Assembly: GCA_964016885.1 (NCBI GenBank)
Contig: OZ024745.1
Coordinates: 55,862,001-55,926,000 of the forward strand
Direction: 5' to 3'
Length of the DNA stretch: 64,000 nucleotides
Source: Eledone cirrhosa
Taxonomy: Eukaryota
In this document: in pieces, positions 1-12,233 of the stretch
How the letters are laid out: each line of letters begins with the position of its first letter
How positions within the stretch are numbered: the stretch's first letter is position 1
Notes under the pieces: generated by a model
The model's database searches: none
What the model saw: the letters and a program-made list of their open reading frames with translations, nothing else
What the model was told of the DNA's origin: nothing
Translations under genes and position numbers: made by a program

Positions 1-595
1 TTGCAACTATTTGTTAGAAGTGCTTGTTCTTGGTGTTGATGCTTTCATTCATTTTTCCTTATTCCCTTCTTTATACTGTTCATTTCTTTTCTTTATTTCC
101 TTTTTTCTTTCATTCAATCAATCCTTTCAACTATAGCTAATGTTGTTTAGTATAAATATTAGGTGCTGCTTAATGCCCTCTTACCAAGTTACTGGGCGGT
201 CTTGTTTTATAGAGTAGCATTCTATTATGACAAAATACATCAGAGAAGAGGAAAGTTAGACTGCTAAAGTGATTGCTTTTCTGTGTCGGTTTGTTACAAA
301 TCTGACAAAAGAAATTTTATAAGAAGATGGATATTGACTTCCACCGTAGGGCAATTTCACCGTACAACGCCATTGTGTACTGATTTTCGAAAGATTGATC
401 GACACATACAAAAGCGAAGCAAGACGTAGTTATGGCATTTTAAAAGTAGGTCGTGCCTACCTATCAGTCCTAATTTTAATCAATTCTTGAGAATAATGAC
501 CTTTTCTTTATTGTTGAGACATTTTGTTATAAATTTATCTTATTTATTTATTTCATTACACACAAACACGCATGCACACATACACGCACATATAT

Positions 596-651
<56 letters not shown>

Positions 652-656
<5 letters not shown>

Positions 657-866
657 AACGAGTAAGACCCCAACGGCTGAGCTCAAGCCGTTTCGACGGC
701 TTATTCTGGACTAAAAATGATTTTTAGTCCAGAATTTGCCGTCGAAACGGGATTTGAGCTCAGCCGTCGGGGTCCTACTCGTTCCTATTACCCACTCTAC
801 TACCCTAAGTATTGAGTACTTTGCTGCGTTATGGTCCATCTTGTTCCGTACGACATTTCCTTCGTT
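652..866. mobile_element. Fold-back mini-element (PLE pseudo-LTR fragment) in (TA)n
   Basis: Near-perfect hairpin 652-788 (ataggaacgagtaagacccc...ggggtcctactcgttcctat) flanked by (TA)n. Carries a hammerhead 3' half (GAAA-cgg...ccg-TC). Related copies at 43936-44120 and, degenerate, 10270-10385. Confidence 0.7.
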
Positions 867-1319
867 ATATATATATATATATATATATATGTTTCTTTTA
901 TATATATCCGCGCGAGTGTGTGTGTGTGTGTGCATATATAGTATATGTATGCATGTGTATGAGTGTGTGTGTGTGTGCGTGCGTATTTGTCTACTATTTT
1001 CCGGGAAAATGAATGCAAATGAACGAAAGCTAGAATAAATCTCAGCGTTGGGATTTATACTTCTATTCTCATTTTATGGATTAGCTCTAAAGTATTTCTT
1101 TAATTGGTTTATTATTCCAAATTGTTTTCGTTAAAACTTCATTAATTCCAATTAATATAAGTAGAATTAGATAAATGTAGTCATTATATATTTGTCTATC
1201 ACACTTTGCCTTTATTTCACATATGTATTATCTCTACCTGGATAGCAACATCCCATTTCGCATTGAATATATCATGTGCAACAAAGCCTAAATCCCACTT
1301 ATTAAAAAAACAAAAACAA

Positions 1320-1405
<86 letters not shown>

Positions 1406-1413
<8 letters not shown>

Positions 1414-1529
1414 ATACTTTGGGAGGGTCATGTTGCCAATATTGGCAACATGACCCTCCCAAAGTATAACAATATCGGTTTCAACACACGATTTCAGATA
1501 AAGAATCTTGCTAAACAAATTCAGAAACG

Positions 1530-1533
<4 letters not shown>
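1406..1533. mobile_element. Palindromic mini-element in (TA)n
   Basis: Perfect loop-less palindrome 1406-1475 (attgttatactttgggagggtcatgttgccaat|attggcaacatgaccctcccaaagtataacaat). Same sequence family at 21590-22135 and 49655-49702, always flanked by (TA)n. Confidence 0.75.
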
Positions 1534-1585
<52 letters not shown>

Positions 1586-1987
1586 GCATATGTGTAGATA
1601 TAATTACAGTTTATATATATGTCTGTTTTAAACTAGGCTTGTTTGCAGCTGAAATGAATACGGAATGAAAAGATAACAATCTAATATGCGTAAACATATA
1701 TAATATGAATTCATATAATTATTTTCTTGATACTTATGCTAAGTTAACGCTATCTCTTATTATGAATAGACTGTCAAGCTTATATTTAACGTGTTTGAGG
1801 GAGTAACCACTATAGGAGTTATACGTGTTTTTGTAATCTTTATTTTAAATCCCGCTGTGTTGTGCCATCGCATATCAAAGCATACATGCACATTCAAGCA
1901 TATACGACGTATATACACACATATAGATACTTGCTTGTGCATGTTATACATACACACATACACACACACACTCGCTCACACACACAA

Positions 1988-2048
<61 letters not shown>

Positions 2049-2053
2049 AACAT

Positions 2054-2679
2054 ATACTAGCAGTGGTACCCGGCGTTGCACATGATAAGGTATATTGGAA
2101 GGCGGGCCGCCAACAGACCTAGGCGTGGAAAAACTACATGCCTGGACAATATGTAAAGAAAATAAATCGAATACTCTGATGGCTAGATAATCTTTAAGAT
2201 TTTCCTCGGTGAAGCAGGAGAAATGCAGGTTTTCACCTAATGTGGGCCCTAGGGGATCAAGAAAATGAATTTTTTTATGTGCATAATATGCCTTGAAATT
2301 TCGGGTACATCGACTAGACGTAACGCGTCCAAAAAGCCCTAAAAAGCTGACAAAAATGAAGTTTTTCACCTAATGTGGGCCCTAGGCCAAAAAAACAATT
2401 GTAATTTCTTTGCTCACTGTATGCAGAAAAGACTGACTAATACATAGTTACAATTTCAAGGAAATCGGTCTGACGTAACGCCTCAAAAAAAACCTAAAAA
2501 GCTTAAAAAACGCAGTTTTTCACATAGGAGATGAAAAAGTTGAATTTTGTATGTGCATAACACTCCCTGAAACATAGGTAATACACATGTAAAGTTTGAA
2601 AAAAAATCGGTTGGGTACTTCTCGAGTTTTAGGGATTCAAACTCACAGACACACACACACAGACAGACATCATCAGTTT

Positions 2680-2685
<6 letters not shown>
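2054..2685 (+). mobile_element. Non-autonomous Helitron/Helentron-like element
   Basis: 5' end tactagcagtggtacccggcgttgc, internal tandem subrepeats (ttttcacctaatgtgggcccta at ~2230 and ~2363), 3' end aaatcggttg...cagacagaca...ttttacatata. This architecture resembles Lep1/DINE-1-type elements (recognised from memory). Confidence 0.6.
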
Positions 2686-2749
<64 letters not shown>

Positions 2750-2756
<7 letters not shown>

Positions 2757-2849
2757 TAAAATAAATAAGTCAAATATTTAAAATTTTGATTTGTTTATAA
2801 ACGAAACCAAATTTTAAATATTAGACTTATTTATTTTAATTTAATTTAC
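2750..2849. repeat. AT-rich inverted repeat abutting (TA)n
   Basis: aattaaaataaataagtc-aatatttaaaattt ... aaattttaaatatt-agacttatttattttaatt. Confidence 0.6.
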
Positions 2850-3859
2850 ATTACTCCGGAGTAACCAAACCAACCTGCGCACTACGTCGAGTGCTCCAAT
2901 CTGCATAATAGGGTGTCTGTAAACGACCAACATATACTCAAAATGTATATATATATAAATGTATATATATATATATTTCAGTTTAGTAGTCAGTTACAAA
3001 TATTAAGCTCTAAGAAAATACTTCTGAGCATTACATTATAGTTTAAAAAATAATTTTAAAAAATATATGATCAACACTACTGTGTTTTTTTTTGCAAAAT
3101 GACAATAATTTTTTAGCCAGATAGAAATACCTTAATTCAAGTACATATAGTCCGTCTGTATCGATCTAGAGAATATTAAATATTAAATCTATACTTACAG
3201 ACGTAAAATGGCAACTGCCTGGTGCCTAGACAAGTTTAAATTTCAAAATTCACACCTTTTCAGCATATATATATATATACATATATATATATACATATAT
3301 ACGTACGTGCTAAATATATATCCATACAAAAACAGTGAAGAAGTTGTAAAAATGTCTGCACTCATACACATGGGACGTATAGTATAGATAAGTACAGGGT
3401 AGTTATTGGTTGACGATACGCGGTAAATCGTACGTAGATGAAAGTGATGAGCATTAGCGGAATGGGAGATGGAATAGGGAGTGGGCTGATGGGTGGGTTC
3501 CTGTAGAGATTGCGAGTGGTGGGTCATGAATGTAGGGTGGGGCTTCTTCCAGGTACATGTTTCCTCACGAGATCAAATGCTGTGTTGTTTTGTGTCCGTC
3601 GTCTATTTACCTCTATGTGTGGGTGTATGCAAATAGCTATACCTCTAACCTCTTCCATCATTTAACCTTATGTTCCCATACACCTCTTCTTACCCCTTCC
3701 TAAAACTTAACCATTTTTACCTCCACCTACATTATTTACTTGCTGTGATTCTTACCATATGTGGATGCACCTACCCGTTTTTGCTCCACCCCACCGTTAT
3801 TTGCCCTATTTTTCCAATCCTCTCACTTAACCCAGTGCAAGAAGTCTTTGTCAGCTTAG

Positions 3860-4790
3860 CACAGTGGCCAACATGCTACATTATTCATCAAGGCTTAGTT
3901 TGGAGAGTGCATCTTCAGTTCATGGTTTTGAAAGTTTAGTTTTAACTTGTAGGATTACTACAATTCCAAGCACAAATCATATGAATTATATTTTTCACCC
4001 AGCTGTTCCCACTTTCCATTTGTGCCATTCCGTTGTTATTTTCTTTCTGATAAATAAATGTAGAATTACTGTCGTAGTTCATCGTTACAGTACTTACTCC
4101 AGGAGAGATCTCGAAGAGGCCCATAATAATTGTGATCCACAATCAAGCTCTTCTAAGAATGAGAAACCTTGTGTTGGTCAGAGGACGATACTTCTTTAGA
4201 ATTTGTGTAGTAACTCATTCTGGTTTGGCATGCATTTCGATCCAGCTGTTTTGAAGAAATCCGCATTTTATTCTAAGGTCACATTTTTCTCTGGGTCCTG
4301 TTGACTTTATTATCTCCTTTATTGGTGGCATAGGTATAATCTGGTGATTACATTATTTTCACTGACCATATGGATATATTGAAGATTATCATTATACGCA
4401 TTCCAGCTCATCCTTTAACAATGCCAGATCACCAAATGTGCTCATTTAGAACAGGCCAATCGACGAATATTCTTTTGAAACTACTGCTTGAACTTTCTTT
4501 CTTTTATTCTTTTAATTTGCACGTTTTAACATCATTATACAGCATGTTGAGCGATGTGTTTCTTCTTCACATACTTAAACTAATCAATTCCTCTAAATCT
4601 TCACTTCCCATTTAACCTCTTCTGAGGGGCTAATAGTATTGCTTGCTTCGGGCAAATTGTACTTCTCTTCCACAGGAAGACTGCTAACATTTTTTTCGCC
4701 TGTGTAGTATATCTGATTAGCTAGGATCAGTAGGAATTCCACTAATTGGCACTTCTTCCTTTTACCTTTCATCATTTTCATTGCTGCATT
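3860..4790 (-). pseudogene. Decayed coding-like segment, unassigned (possibly a LINE ORF1 relic)
   Basis: A-rich minus strand with broken frames (MKMMKGKRKKC..., QIIPMPPIKEIIKSTGPREKCDLRIKCGF...). No motif recognised. Confidence 0.3.
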
Positions 4791-4799
4791 ACGAAATCT

Positions 4800-5080
4800 T
4801 TGTAAACAGACAGTTTATTTGCTTTAGATCATCTAATGCTCATTCGCTGACATTCACCCTCCCCACCGTTTTTCCTTCCTTTCCTCTCCCCCCTTTGTTT
4901 CTAAATGTCTCTCCTCTACTGCCGTACACACCCTCATTACTCTCTTCCCACACACTTTTCGGGTTTATGCCCGAAACGTCTCCCCCCCCCTCACTATCAA
5001 GAGCGTGAAACTAATAAACCTTTGTTCGTACTGCCTCTCTGATTTGTTCCCGTTCCATGTTTCACTATATATTTTTTTCA
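4800..5080 (+). mobile_element. PLE pseudo-LTR 3' fragment with partial hammerhead
   Basis: gggtttatgcccGAAACGTC-tccccccccc...gcgtgaaac is homologous to 18568-18607. The CTGATGA half is missing. Confidence 0.55.
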
Positions 5081-5776
5081 AAGCTTTGACCCGTCTATTT
5101 CGTTCTTACTGCTTCCTCTTTCTCTGTATCTTTACTCTCTCTAACAGTCACACTCTCTGTTAGCCTCTTCCTCACCCTTCACTCACTCACTCTCTGTTAC
5201 TACCTCTCCTCCTCATCCTTCTTCCCGTTTGACCTGTGCGTAATTCTTTTCTTTCGCACGCTTGGTCAGGTTGGTTCGCCATTTTTCTCTCTCTCGTCTA
5301 CGATTTCACAGAACTTATGTTCACCGAATTCACAGACTAGATTCCTTCTTCCTCTCGTTAGACCTGCCCGGAATTCCTTCCTTGCTCACATTCCAACCAG
5401 GTTTGATGGTTTTTATTCTCTCTCGTTCACGATTTCACCGAACTTATATTCATGGAAATTTGGGACTTGACTCGTTCTTCCTCACTTTCGTTGCTTCACC
5501 ATCTTTGTTTGTTTACACTCTCGCTGTTCCCTTTATTTACGTGTCCCAACGACTTTTTTTAGCCGTTGCTCGCACCAACCGGAGGTATATCGTCTTTAAA
5601 TCGATGTAATACCAATGATGGTTGGAAGATCACTGATGAAGGACCACTTTATTCATATATATATATATATATATATATAAAATAGGCATTAGAGGTGCAC
5701 ATTAATTGAGTCCGTAGCCGGTATGCCAAGATGAGCACTCGTGGGGAGCAGAGTATCAATAATGATATATATATAT

Positions 5777-5896
<120 letters not shown>

Positions 5897-5929
5897 CGGG
5901 TGGACAAATAGAAACATGTAAGCGTACAT

Positions 5930-6244
5930 ATATGTGATGAATTTGATTGTTCGAGATAATTCGTATTTGAGATTATGTATAAGTGTTTTAAAATCTGTAC
6001 ATAGGCATTCATACAGTCTGTGTGTCAACCATCTACATAACTGACACATGTAGTTAATATACATTTGTGTTTTATATGGAGTGTGATGTAGATATGTTTT
6101 CTTGTAAAACATCTCACTCTTCAACTTTAGTAGGTGTAGAAATCTATTTCGAAAATGTAACTGAAATAACATAAAATATATAATTTCATTTTCTGCAAAT
6201 ATATATTTTACAGCCGGCGAAGATTTACCGTATTATATTGCCAT
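5930..6244 (-). pseudogene. Relic intronless ORF, candidate endogenous viral gene
   Basis: MAI*YGKSSPAVKYIFAENEIIYFMLFQLHFRNRFLHLLKLKSEMFYKK...; ATAAG at 6262-6258, 13 nt upstream of the ATG at 6244. Confidence 0.4.
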
Positions 6245-6384
6245 TGAATTTTTTCTTCTTATTTTTTCTTTTGCTATAAAATACTTTTTGTATTTGTACC
6301 TCAGTAAGTTTATCGATGTGAACAATAATTAAATTTGGAATGAGCACATTCAAAATGTTCGTGTAAAGGATCAATATTGAATTG

Positions 6385-6450
<66 letters not shown>

Positions 6451-6489
6451 ATATATATGAGTGTGTGTGTGTGTATACAGAGAGAGTGA

Positions 6490-7190
6490 GAATGAAATAT
6501 AAGGGATATGACAACTGAAAAACGAACGAAACACAGACAGTGCTCTCTCATCAGTGGATCGCTGAAGGTACGTTTTCGTTGCTTTAAAATCGATAAAGCT
6601 GGCTCCAGTGCACAAGGGACAGTAACCAATGGAATCAATACAAGATGATTGGACTTTCGGCTATTTGCAAATAAGATAAAATATGCTACAGACCAATATA
6701 CTGCAACTGAAAAAAGAACGGATCTCCAGCAACTGACTAATGAGATGGGACTGTCTGTGCTTTGTTCGTTTTTCCGTTGACTTCACCCACAATTTCTCTA
6801 CAATGTGTATGTCTTCACCGACGTGGGACTCGTTTTCCAAATTGATATGTTTTATTTTATTGATATATTGTTATGTTTTATGTGGTCTGGTCTCTTTCTT
6901 TCTCACTTACTCTCTCTCATTCTCTATCTTTCTGCTCCTTGTGTCTGTCTATTTATAACTTAATGTCAAAACAAGCGAAATTCTTTTCATTAATGTTTGT
7001 ATACTCTCTATCCCTTCCAACTTTTCCCTACCTTTCTCCCTCTTGGCTAATCAATATGTTTGGCCTCCACTCATTATATCTTTCTTTCATTTTCAGGTTA
7101 TTGGTTTGTAGCATATTTTATCATATTTTTAAATAGTTGAAAGTTCAATCGCCTTTCCTTGTGTCCATTTGTTACTGTCGCTGTTAATTT
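6490..7190. repeat. Unclassified repeat with nested inverted copies
   Basis: 6510-6560 is inverted relative to 6730-6782, and 6615-6700 is inverted relative to 7100-7185. CTGATGA plus a hairpin on the minus strand at ~6554, but no GAAA. Confidence 0.5.
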
Positions 7191-7199
7191 GTTTTTTTT

Positions 7200-8100
7200 T
7201 ACATTATTTGTTATGTCCAGTTTGTGTGGTTTTATACGAAAGTCAAACTGTGTCAGGTCCAGACCTCCTTGAGTTTTGGTTGTGTATCTTATTACAAATC
7301 TGCTACGCATAAATGTTTGAGTTAATTCTTTTTATTTCACTGATATTCCAGTTCAACAAAATGAAGATGTAGCTAACAATGTATTTATAACTATCTTTTA
7401 GAGAACTTATGTCTAACACTTTGTACGTGCATTTAGCTGATTTTCATAACTCGCAATTTCCTATGTTTTCTTTCTTGTTTGCATATTGAATGATGGCGCC
7501 TTCATTTATGCATGGGCCATTATATGCGTGCTCCTGTTCGCTTTCTTTTATAGCTGTTTCAACATCTAAATGGAATGAATTTGATTTTGTCAACTTTTCT
7601 TCCTTGAAAGTAGCCCTGGTACATTTATGAAGCGCAAACTTCATTCCGTCTTCATTACTTTCATTTTGTTCCAGCGTTTCTCTTGTTGATATAAGCTCTT
7701 CTGTTGACGGAAATTCATATTTTCACTTCAACTTTCTCCCTTTCCTTGATCTTACATTGTTTGAAAAGATTAGTTCAACAAATATTGATATCTCCCTGTT
7801 ATTTTCTTTTTCTTTTCACTAATTGCTTTCAGTGGAATGATCTATTTTACACCACATATTATGAGTGTTTGATACTGAGCTGCACAGATCAGTACATACT
7901 TTTACGGTTATATGGATCTCTATGGCAGCCACTACCCAATTAATTGTACATAAGGGATGGTGGCAAATAATCTTGAATATAGATTGTCTCTCTGGTGGTT
8001 GTATTTCTTTAATAGTAGGCCCTTTGCTTCTAGGAAATCAGAAAGGGGACATATGTTTCTCTTACATGTATTTTCTGTAAAGACGACGCAAAGCCTATCT
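7200..8100 (-). mobile_element. R4/Dong-clade LINE fragment (decayed, internally deleted)
   Basis: MKFALHKCTRATFKEEKL...IKESEQEHAY...INEGAIIQYANKKENI resembles the GMKFGLDKC...YKYLG RT C-terminal region of R4/Dong elements. Confidence 0.7.
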
Positions 8101-8699
8101 ACGTTGTGAAGTTGTTTAATTTGTACGATAGACTACCACTCTTATGAGAAAACTTACATGCAGTCTGACTAAATGGACGGGGAATTACAACGTTACTCAG
8201 ACCTGTTTGGGTTTGTTAATTTCTTTGTGAGAATTGTTATATTTATATCAGTATGTCTGCATGTATATCGGTTTTCATTTGTATTACTTTTGAATCTGTG
8301 CACGTACTGGAGTGTGTGTTCATGAGTTTATATGGTATTGCATTATTGTCTATGTCTCTACCAGTGTCTGCATTTAAGCTAGTGCTTGCATGATTATTTG
8401 AGATAGGGCTTGGAGTTAGTGTATGTGCATATATTGAACATATTGTACATGTATATAATTGTATTATTATTTGTACTTATTTCTATATTGTTACAAATGT
8501 TGGCGCTGTTAATTGCATTTGTATTTTTATTTCTGCTTTTATTGGTGTTTGCTATTATTCTTGTGTTTGTATCTGTGGTTTTATATATGCTTGTAATTGT
8601 ATTTGTATATTCACGAATAATTATGTTTGTGTTATCATTTGCTGATACATTCTTGGATATATACATATGTATTTGTATTATGTAATAAGAGTAGGTTTT

Positions 8700-9205
8700 T
8701 CTGTTACCTCTTATTATTGATATAGCTAAAGTTTCCATCAAACTATTACTAACTTTACATCATTTTACTAAAAGAGCTACGGTATGTTTGAATTGGGCAA
8801 AAGCTTATTTGTAACATTTAGTAATTTATTGCTATATTAGAGGCATTTAATTTGAAAGTGGGATACCGAATAATTTTCATATTTCAATTTCCATTTTGTG
8901 AGTATATTATTATTGTTATTGCTTTGTTTTTTGTTTATATAATATTCTTTATCAGTGAATCTACGATCGTATAAGGTATTGTCATAAAGTTACGTGACAT
9001 TGCTAACATATTCTTTGTCGTCTGTAGGTGGTATTATTTAATAAATGTTCCCCAGATACGTAGAGGTCTATGCATGAATTTTTTGACTATATATTCAACT
9101 TATGATATATCTGTCCATACGTTACTTCTTGTTTGGGTTAAGTGTTTGTGGGCTTTCATGATATTGTTTAGAAGAGGAAAATTATGTCTGATCTGCAACG
9201 ATTTA
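8700..9205 (-). pseudogene. Relic coding segment, candidate endogenous viral gene
   Basis: LYKSLQIRHNFPLLNNIMKAHKHLTQTRSNVWTDIS*VEYIVKKFMHRPLRIWEHLLNN. Possibly continues the 10771 ORF across the PLE insertion. Confidence 0.35.
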
Positions 9206-9206
9206 T

Positions 9207-9771
9207 AAAGAATGGGTATGCGTGTAAAGACGCATACCCATTCTTTTCGTTACCCTCTAAGAAGGAATATGACGTCACTTTCAGCTTATATCTGGAGTCT
9301 AAAAGACAACCACACCCAATATAAGTTACACTGGGATATCCTAGCTAGCGCTAGATTGTAAAACGGAAATAAAAGACCATGTGACCTCTGCGCCGCTGAG
9401 GCCCTGGAAATACTCTACGCCACAGACCACATCTTAAGCAAAAAATCTGAGACAATTTCGGCTTGTAAACATAAATTGCACAAAACTGTCCTGTATTACA
9501 GCCCCACGTTATACCCTAATGGATAGTACGATCTATACGTGGATACTTTACGTCTTGATGTGGGAGCTAAGTATATGTTTTATTTATACCATTACTTATT
9601 TGCATAGCGAACGTTTCCATGAACCAAAGTATCGTCTCCCTGTCTTCATCCGGTTGCAACGTTTTTTGAAATATCCACTTCTGCGTTTACAGATTGACTT
9701 TGTTAGTTTCAGAAGATCCCGTTAAGGGTGAAAGCAGCGATTCTTTGCTTAAACTTTAATCTGTTATTTTA

Positions 9772-9775
<4 letters not shown>
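9207..9775 (+). mobile_element. Naiad-type Penelope-like element, 5'-truncated (GIY-YIG C-terminus plus pLTR)
   Basis: HSFRYPLRRNMTSLSAYIWSLKDNHTQYKLHWDILASARL*NGNKRPCDLCAAEALEIL...SETISACKHK. Small 5' hairpin at 9207-9246. Ends in (TA)n. Confidence 0.85.
9705..9755 (+). ncRNA. Hammerhead-like motif with variant core CAGAAGA
   Basis: agttt-CAGAAGA-tcccgttaagggt-GAAA-gcagcgattctttgc-TT-aaact. Stems I, II and III can all pair. Confidence 0.55.
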
Positions 9776-9842
<67 letters not shown>

Positions 9843-9849
9843 TATATAG

Positions 9850-10215
9850 TAATAATAATAAATTTGAAGACTAAAATTCAAAGAGGGCTCGATAAGGATA
9901 AATATATATCAAATATATAAGAACCGTAGAGCAAATATATTTTTTTTAAATAGCAGATTAAAGTTTAAGCAAGGAATCGCTGCTTTCACCCTTAACGAGA
10001 TCATCAGAAGATCCCGTTAAGGGTGAAAGCAGCAATTCTTTACTTAAACTTTAATCTGTTATTAAAAAAATGTATATATATATTAATATATATATATATT
10101 AATAATAATAAATGTGAAGACTAAAATCCAAAGAGCTTCAGAAGATCCCGTTCAGGTTGAAAGCAGTGATTCTTTGCTTAAACTTTAAATCTATTTTAAT
10201 AAATAAATACATTCA

Positions 10216-10220
<5 letters not shown>
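9850..10220. mobile_element. Rearranged tandem and inverted pLTR fragments of the 9.2-kb PLE family
   Basis: Palindrome 9950-10062 centred on the hammerhead core start. Further copies at 10137-10205, 15316-15450 (-) and 61785-62000 (-). Confidence 0.75.
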
Positions 10221-10263
<43 letters not shown>

Positions 10264-10381
10264 AATATATAGGAAAAGTGTCAGAACCCCGACGGCAGAT
10301 CTCAAGCCCTCTAGACATCTATTTCTGGACGGAGTTGACTGGTGCGTTATGGTCCACCTGATTCCTTACCACACTTCCTTC

Positions 10382-10421
<40 letters not shown>

Positions 10422-10459
10422 GGGGGTGCGTGTGTGCCCGTCTGTATTTGTATTTACGA

Positions 10460-10771
10460 ATGGAAATTTCCTAACTGTTCCGATGTTGGGACATCCCTTA
10501 GTTATGTTCAGCTTATAAGAACCACACAATCAGGTATATTCTTATAGCAAGTCTCGAACCAAGTTTTGGGAACTGTTTAATGCAATATACGATATATAAA
10601 CATACAAAATATATAAAAACACAATGACATACGCTGAAAATTCTCATCGTGTGCGGCAACCAAATTCTAATTACAAACTTTTGTGACGCAGGCACTAAAT
10701 AAAGACTCCTGTAAAAGACAAATATATAACGTGCCATGTAGAATCAAATTGCTCCGGAACTCATCATTCAT
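10460..10771 (-). pseudogene. Relic intronless ORF, candidate endogenous viral gene
   Basis: MNDEFRSNLILHGTLYICLLQESLFSACVTKVCN*NLVAAHDENFQRMSL...WFETCYKNIPDCVV. Upstream context is ATAAG-caacaaca-ATG. Confidence 0.45.
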
Positions 10772-10799
10772 TGTTGTTGCTTATGATGATTGTTGTTTC

Positions 10800-12196
10800 T
10801 CATATTCAAAATTATAGTTAACAAAATAATAGCATAGGCATACAATAATTTTACTTCGCTTTGAAATACCGTGTGTTAAATGATTTCCATATTTCGTTAA
10901 AAGCCATTTTTAGTTTTACAGCAACGCATTTTCAAACTTCAAACAATTTCAAAATATTCCTCTCATTATCATAACCATGAAATGAATTTAATTATGTTTT
11001 TTTTTACAATAACTATTCATATTTTGTTGTGACACCGTTTTTTGTCATTAGCATATTATTTCTACAGCTGTTGGTAAACATATTGCAACATTTGGGGATA
11101 TATTATATAAAAAGTAAGAATATTATCATCTTGGCTTCTTCATATAGTTTCCATGCTGGAACCAATGTATTTCTATAGATTTGTATCATACATCTATGAT
11201 CATTCGGTGACAAATGGGTGAACATCTTTGGGCATTATCGCAGAATAGATTCATGATGTTTATTAGGGTTATGTTTTACGAATCAATTCTTGAATTGCAT
11301 TAGGTATCAGGCGTTTATTAAGCAGCTTGGAGTATCTCCCCCCCCCCCCCCATTGATGAATATAAATATATTTTCAGATTTTCTTTAATATTTCCAATAC
11401 GTTATTGATGCAAGTTTATGACTGTAGTTAAGGAATAATTTCGTTTGCTTTTTTTACGGTTTTCTGATACTTTTTAATAAATATTCTCCAGATAGCGTGC
11501 AATTGTAGCATAAAATACGTTATTTTTTATGCATTTATTGTGTTGATTAGGAGTATTCATTTCTGTAATTGTCTCATTCATTTGTACTTATTTAGCGCTT
11601 CCCTTTTTATAATTCGCCACAATTTGAGATCTTGTGGAGATGATCATGATTTTCCAAACTTGGCCACCTAAACGTAATTATTATTTTATATGTATCAAGA
11701 CATACCTTCACGATTGTTCCCTTCCTCCTTTGAGATAATAAATCATAATTTTATGAATATTTCGCACAAAAATGTAAATGAGAATTTCATTGTTCTTTAT
11801 AACTGTATATTCCATTGTCATATCTATGGTCGACAATATAGCATTACAATTAATCAGTCAAAACCAGCCCAATGTTTATGGAATATTTCAATCTGTATTA
11901 TAAAACGTTTTGTTCGTTTCAAATAAGTTAATGTGATGCATAGCAAGACAATCGACAATGCAGTTGGTTTGAAGTATTTAATATCAAGTGCTGACTGATT
12001 TGTATTTCCGTATGGCTCCTTTCGTAAGCTAGTCAACAAAATTGTGAGGGAAATTCAGCACATTACGACTTAGGAAAGATACATTTCATACACTTCACCA
12101 GAAAAGTTGTGCTGTTTCCAAGTTAGTTTTGTTACAGCAGTTGATTTGTTTGTGTCATATTGTACATCGTCAGCATAATATATAGAGAACGGTCAT
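10800..12196 (-). pseudogene. Relic intronless ORF(s), candidate endogenous viral gene
   Basis: ATG at 12196, then frameshifted segments YYADDVQYDTNKSTAVTKLTWKQHNFSGEVYEMYLS and GRYSKLLNKRLIPNAIQELIRK. Confidence 0.4.
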
Positions 12197-12233
12197 GATT
12201 GATCAATAATTATAAGTTCTTACATATAGAAAA
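12197..12233. promoter_or_regulatory. Putative bidirectional late-promoter spacer (DTAAG on both strands)
   Basis: ATAAG at 12212-12216 (+) and GTAAG at 12223-12219 (-), between divergent ATGs at 12196 (-) and 12234 (+). Confidence 0.4.

Noticed and set aside
6515-6560. Hammerhead on the minus strand
   Set aside because: CTGATGA and a hairpin are present, but there is no GAAA or stem III.
8394-8741. Hydrophobic and Asn-rich ORFs
   Set aside because: Degenerate TTGTAT-like cryptic simple repeat.
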